From Candidatus Dormibacteria bacterium (lineage in GTDB: Bacteria > Chloroflexota > Dormibacteria > Aeolococcales > Aeolococcaceae), in NCBI GenBank assembly GCA_044450385.1, contig JBIOIZ010000003.1, positions 10,049 to 74,048 of the forward strand: DNA of 64,000 bases, written 5' to 3'. Positions within the stretch are counted from its first letter, which is position 1. The number at the start of each line of letters is the position of its first letter. Made by a program: the position numbers and the translations under genes. The notes beneath the pieces were generated by a model, which saw only the letters and a list, made by a program, of their open reading frames with translations, did not search any database and was not told where the DNA came from. Positions 19,027-26,636 of this stretch are shown in pieces.

Positions 19027-19757
19027 CGTTGCTGTTGACGCGCGTAGGCGGTGAAGCCGGCGGCGATGCGCACGGCGGCCCGGCGCTCCTCGGCGCCCAG
19101 CACGCCGAGATCGTGAAAGAGGACGGCGAGCTCGGCGAGTTCCGAGCGCGCACCCGGGGCGGCAGCTGCTCGCGCCTCGAGTGCGGCACGCATGTCCTGA
19201 TCGGGTGCGACCAGTGCGGCGGCCTCGAAGAGCGCCTTCCCGAAGTTGGTGAAGATTCGCGAGCTTTCCACGGCGAGGGTCGCTTGACGCGCGAACAGCG
19301 CGAGCAACTCCATGTCGTCGGTTCCCTCGCCACCGCGCTGGCGCCGGTCGAGCACTTCGATGACGCCGAATGTGCGCCGCTCGCTCTCGAGGGGCATTGC
19401 CATGATGGAACTCGGGACGTACCCGGTGGTCGCCGCGACGTCGGCGGCGAATCGAGGATCCTGACGGACGTCATCGATGGCGATCGGTTGACCCGCGACA
19501 ACCGCCCACCCAGCAATGCCACGATCGGCTGCGATGCGGAGCCCGACGGTCGCCTCGGCGCCCCTGCCCGCGGCGACGCGGAACTCCAGTTCGTCCTGAT
19601 CGTCGTCGAGCAATGCGATGGAGCATGCTGCGGCGTCGAACGCGAGCAGCGCGGTTTCGACGACCGCCTGAAGAAACTCCTCGCCCCCGCGCGGACGGAG
19701 GACCGGACCCAGGTCCGCCGCGAGCTGAGCGAGGTCGGCGAGCGGGTCGTCTTCCAT
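19023..19757 (-). CDS. GAF domain-containing protein
   Basis: 244 aa from ATG 19757. GAF-like core (CSIALLDDDQDELEFRVAAG...GIAGWAVVAGQPIAIDDVRQDPRF...SIMAMPLESERRTFGVIEVLD) plus a helical tail. Its stop overlaps the S8 start (ATGA at 19023-19026). Confidence 0.75.
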   Translation of the reverse strand: MEDDPLADLAQLAADLGPVLRPRGGEEFLQAVVETALLAFDAAACSIALLDDDQDELEFRVAAGRGAEATVGLRIAADRGIAGWAVVAGQPIAIDDVRQDPRFAADVAATTGYVPSSIMAMPLESERRTFGVIEVLDRRQRGGEGTDDMELLALFARQATLAVESSRIFTNFGKALFEAAALVAPDQDMRAALEARAAAAPGARSELAELAVLFHDLGVLGAEERRAAVRIAAGFTAYARQQQR

Positions 19758-19835
19758 GCTGATCGGGACTGTACACACGGCACGCGCCGCAGCGGATAGG
19801 CTTGGGCATCGGGTCGACGGCAGGGGACGGCAGCT

Positions 19836-20522
19836 ATGAGCAGAGACGACGCGGCGCTGCTGCAGAACACGGCGCTCTTTGGAGCGATGGCTCCCGACGC
19901 GCTCGAGCGGCTCGCCGACAAGACACACCGCCGCTCGTACCCACGCGGCGCCGTGATCTTCCGCGAGGACGACGCCGGTGACTCACTCAGTGTCGTCGTC
20001 GCGGGGCTGGTTAAGGTATATCGGACCTCCCCTGATGGTGACGAGATGGTCCTCGTGACCATGGGACCCGGAGCCGTATTCGGCGAGCTGCCCGCGATCG
20101 ATGGCGGTTTGCGGTCCGCATCCGCAGCGGCCGTCGAGGCGACCACGGTGCTCACGCTCACCCGCACCGCGCTCCTCGACGCGCTGCGTGAATCGCCCGA
20201 GCTCGTCGAGCGTCTGCTCCGCTCGATGGGCTCGATGGTTCGCCGGCTCACGGACCAGGCCGCCGACCTCGTGTTCCTCGATCTCCATGGACGCGTCGCG
20301 AAGCTGCTGCTCGCGCTCGCCGAAGAACGCGGCATCGCCCATCCGAACGGCCAGACCCTCGAACTGGGGATGACCCAGACGGACCTCGCCAACATGGTTG
20401 GCGGGTCACGCCAGAGCGTGAACCAGGTGCTGCGCTCCTTCGAGCGCCTCGGATACCTCGAACTGGACGGGCGGCGCATCCTGATCCGTGAACCCGATTT
20501 GCTCGAGCGGCGCGCAGGATAA
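19836..20522 (+). CDS. Crp/Fnr family transcriptional regulator
   Basis: 228 aa. N-terminal cNMP-binding domain (FGELPAIDGGLRSASAAAV). C-terminal HTH (MTQTDLANMVGGSRQSVNQVLRSFERLGY). Divergent from the GAF-S8 operon. Confidence 0.9.
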   Translation: MSRDDAALLQNTALFGAMAPDALERLADKTHRRSYPRGAVIFREDDAGDSLSVVVAGLVKVYRTSPDGDEMVLVTMGPGAVFGELPAIDGGLRSASAAAVEATTVLTLTRTALLDALRESPELVERLLRSMGSMVRRLTDQAADLVFLDLHGRVAKLLLALAEERGIAHPNGQTLELGMTQTDLANMVGGSRQSVNQVLRSFERLGYLELDGRRILIREPDLLERRAG

Positions 20523-20645
20523 GCATCGACTGTCAGGTCGCCGACACAATTCCTGTCAGCAAGGCGACTGACCGGGCTCCGTGGGGGTGACAGAATCGTC
20601 TCAGCAGCAAGAACGGCGGTGCAATCCGCCAGAGGAGACAGGGCA

Positions 20646-20819
20646 GTGACCACTGAAGACACAGGCGACGAGACCCGCGAAGTCGACGATGACGTCGAGG
20701 GACATCGCGTGCGCATGAGCTCCGATCCCGACTTCGCGGCCCGGGCACCGTCGAACTCGGTGCCCGCCGGCGATGAGGTCAACAACGACGACGTTGAGGG
20801 TCATATCCGGCGGACGTAG
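20646..20819 (+). CDS. small acidic protein with two (D/N)DDVEGH repeats
   Basis: AGAGGAG RBS (20631-20637) lies 8 nt before GTG 20646. 57-aa product VTTEDTGDETREVDDDVEGHRVRMSSDPDFAARAPSNSVPAGDEVNNDDVEGHIRRT. Confidence 0.45.
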   Translation: MTTEDTGDETREVDDDVEGHRVRMSSDPDFAARAPSNSVPAGDEVNNDDVEGHIRRT

Positions 20820-20973
20820 CTCCGGTCCGGGAGAGGCCGCGTGAGCCCGCTGAAATGCTGCGACGTCGCTGCATGCAGCGGGTTCCTACGTGTCAGGGAT
20901 CGCGGTCGGGGAAGCCCGCCGGCGCGCCGTCGCGATGGCCCTGGACATCCCGAGAAGACCGCGGACGTCTCAC

Positions 20974-22371
20974 TCATTCTCGTATGGGGATGATGACCTC
21001 AAACGTGGCGCCCTCGGCTCCGTTGTCATCGACGGCGATGCGGCCGCCGTGGACCTCGGCGATGACCCTGCAGAGGGCAAGGCCAAGCCCGGCACCTCCG
21101 GTCGATGTCGCTCGGGCTGCGTCACCGCGGGTGAAGCGCCGAAATATCGAGTCCCGCATGTCAGCGGGAATCCCGGGGCCGGTGTCTGAAACGCGGATAT
21201 GCCAGGTCCCATCCTGCATCTCGGCCCTGACTCCCACGCGTCCGCCCGCCGGCGTGTGCCGGACGGCGTTGTCAAGGAGGTTGTGGAGCAGGCTGCGGAG
21301 CAACTCAGGATCGCAATCGACCAATCCCTCATCCACCAGGTCGACATCGATTGCGATGTCCCGCGCGCGAGCGACGGTCCGCCACCGTTCCGCCGCCTCC
21401 TCAAGCAGATCTCCTGCGTCGACGCGTTGCAGCAGCGGTTGCAGCGCGCCCGCATCGGAGCGCGCGAGAATCAGCAGCCGGTTGACCAGCCGTCGGAGGC
21501 GTTCGACTTCTGCAAGCGCGACGCGCTCACTTGCCGTGTACTCCTGTGCGGTCCGCGCCCGGCGCAGGGACACCTCGAGCTCGGCCTGCATGAGAGCCAG
21601 CGGCGCGCGCAACTCGTGAGCCGCGTCTGCTGTGAACTGTTGGAGCGAGTCGAACGCCACCTCGAGGCGCGCCAGCATGTCGTTGAATGTCACGGCCAGC
21701 TCACCGAGCTCGTCGTCGGGCAGGCTGAGTTCGACGCGCCGGTGCAGATCGTGCTCGCTGATGTCGCGTGCTGTCGCGGCCATCAACCGCACCGGGCGCA
21801 GTGCGCGTCCGGCGAGTGCGTATGACAGCGCAACCACAGCAATCGCCAGCACAACAACGACACCCACCAGCAGCGCCGCGACCTCGAAGAGCGTCTGCTG
21901 CAGGTCGCCGACGCCTTGTCCCACGACCACCGCGTCGACTGTCGTCCCATCCAGTCGCACGGGAGTCGCTCTGATGCGTTCGGGCTGTGCGGTGGTTGCA
22001 AGCGTCGCAGCAACCACGCTGGCGCGGCTGATGGCGGTGCGGGCGGCGGCTTGAGCACTCGCTCCCGGAACCACGATCCCGGTACGCGAAAGCACCTTGC
22101 CTTTGGCGTCGAGCACGATGACACCGACGGCGGCACCCTGCTGCGTGTCAACAAGGGGATCGCCCCCTTGAAATGAAATGACTCCGTTGGAGTCCTGAAG
22201 ATTTGCGAGGAGGCTCTGCGTGTAGGCCGCGAGGCTCGCGTCGACGCCGTCGTACTGAATATGTGCAAACGTCAACCAGAACGCTCCTGCGGCAGCTGAC
22301 GCGATGATGAGGAAGACCGCCCCGACGGCCGCCGTCAGGCGGACGCGCGTTCGCGCGAAGAATCCGCGCAC
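20974..22371 (-). CDS. sensor histidine kinase (TM - periplasmic loop - TM - HAMP - HisKA - HATPase_c)
   Basis: H-box FTADAAHELRAPLA, N-box LLHNLLDNAVRHT, G-boxes DTGPGIP and GGAGLGLAL. Start placed at GTG 22371 (VRGFFARTRVRLTAAVGAVFLII), which overlaps the regulator gene's end. Confidence 0.85.
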   Translation of the reverse strand: MRGFFARTRVRLTAAVGAVFLIIASAAAGAFWLTFAHIQYDGVDASLAAYTQSLLANLQDSNGVISFQGGDPLVDTQQGAAVGVIVLDAKGKVLSRTGIVVPGASAQAAARTAISRASVVAATLATTAQPERIRATPVRLDGTTVDAVVVGQGVGDLQQTLFEVAALLVGVVVVLAIAVVALSYALAGRALRPVRLMAATARDISEHDLHRRVELSLPDDELGELAVTFNDMLARLEVAFDSLQQFTADAAHELRAPLALMQAELEVSLRRARTAQEYTASERVALAEVERLRRLVNRLLILARSDAGALQPLLQRVDAGDLLEEAAERWRTVARARDIAIDVDLVDEGLVDCDPELLRSLLHNLLDNAVRHTPAGGRVGVRAEMQDGTWHIRVSDTGPGIPADMRDSIFRRFTRGDAARATSTGGAGLGLALCRVIAEVHGGRIAVDDNGAEGATFEVIIPIRE

Positions 22372-23042
22372 ACCGTCACCTCGAGGCGGTATCCGGACCC
22401 ACGCACGGTCGTGAACGGATCGTGCGCGCCGGCCGCGATGAGCTTCCGCCGGATTCTCGCCACGTACGCCTCGACGAGGTTCGACTCCGCGGCGAAGTCG
22501 TAATTCCACACGTGATCCTCGATCTGCGCTTTCGTGAGCAGCCGGCCGGGCTGATGCATGAAGTACTCGAGGACCGCGAACTCCTTCGCCCGCAATGCCA
22601 CTGGAGAGTCGCCGACGCTCACCGTGCGAGCCGACGTGTCGAGCCGGATGCCGCCGATCTCGATGACCGACGACCGGCCGGCAAGATGTCGTCGACCCAG
22701 TGCTCGGAGCCGTGCCAGGAGCTCTGAGAACGAGAAGGGTTTGACGAGGTAGTCGTCCGCACCGGCCTCCAGACCACGGATGCGGTCGGGCACCGCATCC
22801 CGCGCCGTCAGGATGAGAATCGGGGTTTTCACGTGCATCCCCCGGAGTTCCTGGCAGACGGCGAACCCGTCCTTGCCGGGAAGCATGACGTCGAGCACGA
22901 TGAGGTCGAAGGGCGTCGACGCTGCAAAGGCGACGGCGTCGATTCCCGAGGTGACTGTATCGACGCTGAAGTCAGCCTCCTCCAGACCACGCCGGAGCGT
23001 CCGGCCAAGGCGCACGTCGTCCTCCGCGATGAGTACGCGCAT
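22335..23042 (-). CDS. OmpR/PhoB-family response regulator
   Basis: MRVLIAEDDVRL...DLIVLDVMLPGKDG receiver domain. Winged-helix output (LRAKEFAVLEYFMHQPGRLLTK...VRGSGYRL). Confidence 0.9.
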   Translation of the reverse strand: MRVLIAEDDVRLGRTLRRGLEEADFSVDTVTSGIDAVAFAASTPFDLIVLDVMLPGKDGFAVCQELRGMHVKTPILILTARDAVPDRIRGLEAGADDYLVKPFSFSELLARLRALGRRHLAGRSSVIEIGGIRLDTSARTVSVGDSPVALRAKEFAVLEYFMHQPGRLLTKAQIEDHVWNYDFAAESNLVEAYVARIRRKLIAAGAHDPFTTVRGSGYRLEVTVCADSSRERASA

Positions 23043-23186
23043 GCCGCGAGTCTGGCGCCGGAACCTGACGTCAAGGTGACACACGTTGGGTGCCAGGGGT
23101 CAGGACCGGGTCAGGTGTGCCCACGAGCATGGGTCTCAAGAGATCCGGCCACCGGCTGCCGGTTCGACAGCACGAAGGAGAACCCG

Positions 23187-23591
23187 ATGACAACCACCAC
23201 GACCAGGCCACGTCTCGCCCGGCGGTTTGCGCTGCTCGGCGCGAGCGCGCTGCTTGGGGCAACTGCCCTGGGTACCTACCTCGTGGTCGGCGCGAGCAAC
23301 GCCAAGCCCATCCACACTGCGAGCGCCGCAGCGCATCTCACGGCGGCCGCCCCCGTACGGGCCCTACCCCGAACCGCAGCGGTCCCGGCCGACCCGGATA
23401 CGATCCAGCAGGGCGACCAGACGGGAGCGGACCAGACGGGCCAGAACCAGTCGGGTCCCCAGGACACCTCGGGCGGCCCGGACACCACGACCGCCTCCAG
23501 CGGCGAGTCGACGGGGTCTGAGTCCGACGGCGCCGGCGGCCATGCCGATCCCGCGGGCAGCGCGGGACAGCAAGGCGACTTCAACAACTAG
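23187..23591 (+). CDS. exported low-complexity protein (Tat-like signal peptide)
   Basis: GAAGGAG RBS before ATG 23187. MTTTTTRPRLARRFALLGASALLGATALG signal, then a Q/D/T/G/S-rich tail. Confidence 0.5.
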   Translation: MTTTTTRPRLARRFALLGASALLGATALGTYLVVGASNAKPIHTASAAAHLTAAAPVRALPRTAAVPADPDTIQQGDQTGADQTGQNQSGPQDTSGGPDTTTASSGESTGSESDGAGGHADPAGSAGQQGDFNN

Positions 23592-23604
23592 CCGGTCATT
23601 CGAT

Positions 23605-23633
23605 GAGCGGGGCGCGCACGCGGCGCCCCGCTC
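23605..23633 (+). terminator. GC-rich hairpin downstream of the exported-protein gene (putative intrinsic terminator)
   Basis: Perfect 11-bp arms GAGCGGGGCGC / GCGCCCCGCTC separated by 7 nt, starting 14 nt after the TAG stop. No clear T-tract, which is common in high-GC genomes. Confidence 0.4.
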
Positions 23634-23708
23634 CCGCTCTGGCGGCTGCGAGAGTACTCGCGGAGACACGGTTCGGAGCGGCGTGGAGTGCAAAAATATA
23701 CGACCAGT

Positions 23709-24260
23709 ATGAGTCAGCGGACAGGGGTGGCAACAATTCGGTTCGACGCCAAGCTGTACACGATCGACAAATCGACCATTTTGCGATTGCCTGAGAAGGC
23801 GAGCAGGAATCTGCCGTCGCGCGGACAGGTGGCGGTACAAGGAACGATCAATGGCCATGGGTTCGAGACGGTGCTGGAACCAGACGGGTCTTTTGGCCAC
23901 TGGATGAGGATTGATCGCAAGCTACAAGAGACTGCTGCTTTAGCCGCAGGTGACACCGCGACTCTCGAGGTTGAGTCACATAAAGACTGGCCGGAGCCGA
24001 ACGTGCCACAGGATCTTGAGACAGCGCTGGCAACCGCCCCTCAGAAGATCCGGGACCTATGGACCGGTATTACTCCGATGGCCCGCTGGGAATGGGTTCG
24101 ATGGGTCAATGCAACTCAAAACCCTGATACCCGCAAACGACGGGTCGAGGTCAGCATCTCGAAAATGAAAAGCGGGAAGCGACGGCCCTGCTGTTTCAAC
24201 CTTGCCGCATGCACCGACCCGAACCTGTCAAGAAACAGCAGGCTCATTGAGCCAGCGTGA
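23709..24260 (+). CDS. YdeI/OmpD-associated family protein (DUF1905 + YdeI-like domains)
   Basis: FDAKLYTIDKSTILRLPEKAS...GQVAVQGTINGHGFETVLEPDG (DUF1905-like). C-terminal ITPMARWEWVRWVNATQNPDTRKRRVEVSISKMKSGKRRPCCF (YdeI-like). Visibly lower GC than the flanks. Confidence 0.7.
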   Translation: MSQRTGVATIRFDAKLYTIDKSTILRLPEKASRNLPSRGQVAVQGTINGHGFETVLEPDGSFGHWMRIDRKLQETAALAAGDTATLEVESHKDWPEPNVPQDLETALATAPQKIRDLWTGITPMARWEWVRWVNATQNPDTRKRRVEVSISKMKSGKRRPCCFNLAACTDPNLSRNSRLIEPA

Positions 24261-24433
24261 TTTGTCGAGTAGACACCAAGGTTCAGTAATTCCCCTACCC
24301 GGAGTGTCTCATCGGACTTGACAGGCGCGGTGGCAGGCTCATTTGAGCAACAGGTTGCACGGAGTTGAGCGCCGAGCCGGCACGAGAAACGAGACTACCA
24401 ACTCCTTTCCTTTTCAAATATATCAGCCCACCG

Positions 24434-24452
24434 GGGGCTTGCGGCAAGGCCC
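24434..24452. promoter_or_regulatory. RAE-like (rifamycin-associated element) inverted repeat GGGGCTTGCGGCAAGGCCC
   Basis: Near-perfect palindrome (GGGCTTGC/GCAAG(G)CCC) about 60 bp upstream of the GTG of the glycosyltransferase remnant. Matches my recollection of the RAE core found upstream of actinomycete rifamycin-resistance genes. Confidence 0.55.
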
Positions 24453-24510
24453 GGGGTGTGACGCAGCATCGCCGGCCGAGGCGGAAATCTGCGGAAATGG
24501 GAGGCGCGAA

Positions 24511-24612
24511 GTGCGGATCTTGTTGTCGATGTATGGGTCGCGCGCTGACGTCGAACCGATGGAGGGGCTCGCGGTTCACTTTCGGAACGTCGGCCCGGAG
24601 GTACGAGTATGA
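24511..24612 (+). pseudogene. 33-codon N-terminal remnant of a GT1 (MGT/Rgt-like) glycosyltransferase
   Basis: GGGAGG RBS then GTG 24511. VRILLSMYGSRADVEPMEGLAVHFRNVGPEVRV then stop. This is the conserved N-terminus of macrolide/rifamycin-type glycosyltransferases (MRVLLSTYGSRGDVEP...), cut off after about 33 aa. The stop overlaps the next gene's ATG. Confidence 0.6.
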
Positions 24613-26051
24613 GGGAGCATGCGGTGGTGATCGCCGGAGGCGGTCCGACAGGGATGATGCTGGCGGCAGAGCTGACGCTGGCGGGGACGGACGTTGTCAT
24701 CGTCGAGCGACGCGCGAGCTTCCAGCTTGAAAGCTCGCGCTCGCGAGGTCTGCACTCCCGCACCATCGAAGTGCTCGATCAGCGTGGCATCGTTGACCGC
24801 TTTCTCGCCGAGGGAAAGACGATGCAGGTGCAGGCATTCGCTGGAGTCCCGATGGACATCAGCGATTTCCCCACCCGGCACAACTACGGGATGGCACTGT
24901 TGCAGAGCCATTTCGAGCGCATCATGTCGGGCTGGATCGGTGAGCTCGGTGTTCCCATCCTGCGCGAGCGCGAGGTGACGGGTTTCACGCGGGACGACAG
25001 CGGCGTTGACGTCGCGTTGTCCGACGGCACATCGCTGCGCGCGAAATTTCTGGTTGGTTGCGACGGGGGTCGCAGCGTTGTGCGCAAGGCGGCCGGCATC
25101 GATTTCGCGGGCTGGGATCCAACAACCTGCTGGATCCATGCTGAGGTCGAGATGGAGGAGATGCCGGCGTTCGGCCTGCGTGGCGGCGGGGGCATCGGCC
25201 CCGCCGAGGAGGGACGCGTGGGCGTCACCCTGATCGAACCCGAGGTGAACCGCACCGATGAGCCCACTCTGGAGGATCTCCGTGCAGCGCTCATCCGCGT
25301 CGACGGAACAGACCACGGGGCGCACAGCCCGCGCTTTCTCTCTCGCTTTACCGACATGACACGCCAGGCGGTGGCCTATCGCAGCGGGCGCGTGCTGGTT
25401 GCGGGAGACGCGGCCCACGTGCACGCCCCGATCGGAGGCCAGGGGTTGAACATCGGCGTGCAGGATGCGGTCAACCTGGGCTGGAAGCTGGCCCAGGTGG
25501 TCGGCGGAACATCACCGGTGAGCCTCCTCGACACGTATCAGGCTGAACGCCATCCGGTTGCTGCGCGGGTGCTGCGGAACACCATGGCGCAGAGGGCGCT
25601 CGGCGCAACGGACGACCGGTCCGTTGCACTGCGCGACACGGTGATGGAGCTGCTGCGCATGGACGAGCCGCGCAGGCACATCGCTGCCATGATCGCGGGC
25701 CTCGACGTTTCGTATGACCTCGGTGAGGGACACCCGCTGTTGGGGCGCCGCATGCCCGACCTGGATCTGGCGACTGCGGATGGCACCGTGCGAGTGTTCT
25801 CGTTGTTGCACGACGCCAAGCCGGTGCTGCTCAACCTCGGTGACGCCGGCGGCCTCGACCTCGCACCGTGGGCGGACAGAGTTCAGCTCGTCGATGCCTC
25901 GTATGCCGGCACCTGGGAACTTCCGGTCCTCGGCGAGGTCCGTGCACCGACCGCCGTATTGGTGCGTCCCGATGGACACGTCGCCTGGGTGGGGGACGGC
26001 ACAGATATCGGATTGCGCGACGCGCTGACTACCTGGTTCGGAACACCATGA
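24609..26051 (+). CDS. rox: class A FAD-dependent monooxygenase, Rox (rifamycin monooxygenase)-like
   Basis: 480 aa. GGGPTGMMLAAEL dinucleotide fold, DGGRSVVRK, GDAAHVHAPIGGQGLNIGVQDAVNLGWKL. C-terminal thioredoxin-like extension (AVLVRPDGHVAWVG). The Rox assignment is supported by the RAE-like element upstream, but substrate is inferred. Confidence 0.8.
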   Translation: MREHAVVIAGGGPTGMMLAAELTLAGTDVVIVERRASFQLESSRSRGLHSRTIEVLDQRGIVDRFLAEGKTMQVQAFAGVPMDISDFPTRHNYGMALLQSHFERIMSGWIGELGVPILREREVTGFTRDDSGVDVALSDGTSLRAKFLVGCDGGRSVVRKAAGIDFAGWDPTTCWIHAEVEMEEMPAFGLRGGGGIGPAEEGRVGVTLIEPEVNRTDEPTLEDLRAALIRVDGTDHGAHSPRFLSRFTDMTRQAVAYRSGRVLVAGDAAHVHAPIGGQGLNIGVQDAVNLGWKLAQVVGGTSPVSLLDTYQAERHPVAARVLRNTMAQRALGATDDRSVALRDTVMELLRMDEPRRHIAAMIAGLDVSYDLGEGHPLLGRRMPDLDLATADGTVRVFSLLHDAKPVLLNLGDAGGLDLAPWADRVQLVDASYAGTWELPVLGEVRAPTAVLVRPDGHVAWVGDGTDIGLRDALTTWFGTP

Positions 26052-26249
26052 CGGTCCCGATGCTCGGCCGATGCGCCCTGCATGCGAGCAGCGTTCACTG
26101 AGAAGCACGTTCGCACTCGGACCACGTTCGCGCGGTCCTCGACGCTTGACGAGTTCGGCCACACTCGGGAAAGGACGGTGGCGGAGCGTTAGCCTGCGCA
26201 CGCGCGGACCTCAGCCAGCCGCCCCGCGTGGAGCTTGCGCCGCCGCTAT

Positions 26250-26280
26250 TTAGTGTTACTATGTACTAGTAGTCAGTAGC
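26250..26280. promoter_or_regulatory. AT-rich TACT/AGTA inverted-repeat cluster upstream of padR (putative promoter/operator)
   Basis: TTAGTGTTACTATGTACTAGTAGTCAGTAG contains the perfect palindrome TACTAGTA (26264-26271) flanked by TACT...AGTA half-sites. Lies about 30-50 nt upstream of the padR start. Stands out against the GC-rich background. Confidence 0.4.
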
Positions 26281-26306
26281 GCTGAGTAGGTCGGGGGAGG
26301 TCTTCC

Positions 26307-26636
26307 GTGGGCAGGCAGATGACGGAGATGCTCAAGGGCACGCTGGAGGGCATCGTCCTCGCGATCCTGTGCGTGCGGCCCGCCTACGGCTACGAGATCA
26401 CGGCGCGGCTGCGGGAGCAGGGCTTCTCCGACATCGCTGAAGGCACCGTCTACGCCCTGCTCGTCAGGTTCGAGCAAAAGGGCTTCGTCGACGTGGAGAA
26501 GGTCCAGTCCGAGAAGGGGCCGCCGCGCAAGGTGTACTCGCTCAATGGGCACGGACAGGAATATCTCGAAGAGTTCTGGAGGACGTGGAGCTTCCTCGTG
26601 GGACAACTCGAACAGCTCCATGGAGGAGGCAGATGA
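26307..26636 (+). CDS. PadR family transcriptional regulator
   Basis: 109 aa. LKGTLEGIVLAILCVRPAYGYEITARLREQGF...EGTVYALLVRFEQKGFV...YSLNGHGQEYL is the canonical PadR wHTH. Confidence 0.9.
   Translation: MGRQMTEMLKGTLEGIVLAILCVRPAYGYEITARLREQGFSDIAEGTVYALLVRFEQKGFVDVEKVQSEKGPPRKVYSLNGHGQEYLEEFWRTWSFLVGQLEQLHGGGR

Noticed and set aside
19758-19835. A Crp-type operator (TGTGA-N6-TCACA) in the crp / GAF-S8 divergent spacer. TGTACACACGG caught the eye.
   Set aside because: No second half-site at the correct spacing. The match to the consensus is too weak to call.
23625-23640. CTCCCGCTC, resembling the 3' acceptor arm of tRNA-Gly (CTCCCGCTCCA), as a possible att repeat bounding the accessory block.
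   Set aside because: It is only a 9-nt match, in inverted rather than direct orientation relative to the tRNA, and it forms part of a terminator-like hairpin. This is insufficient for an att site.
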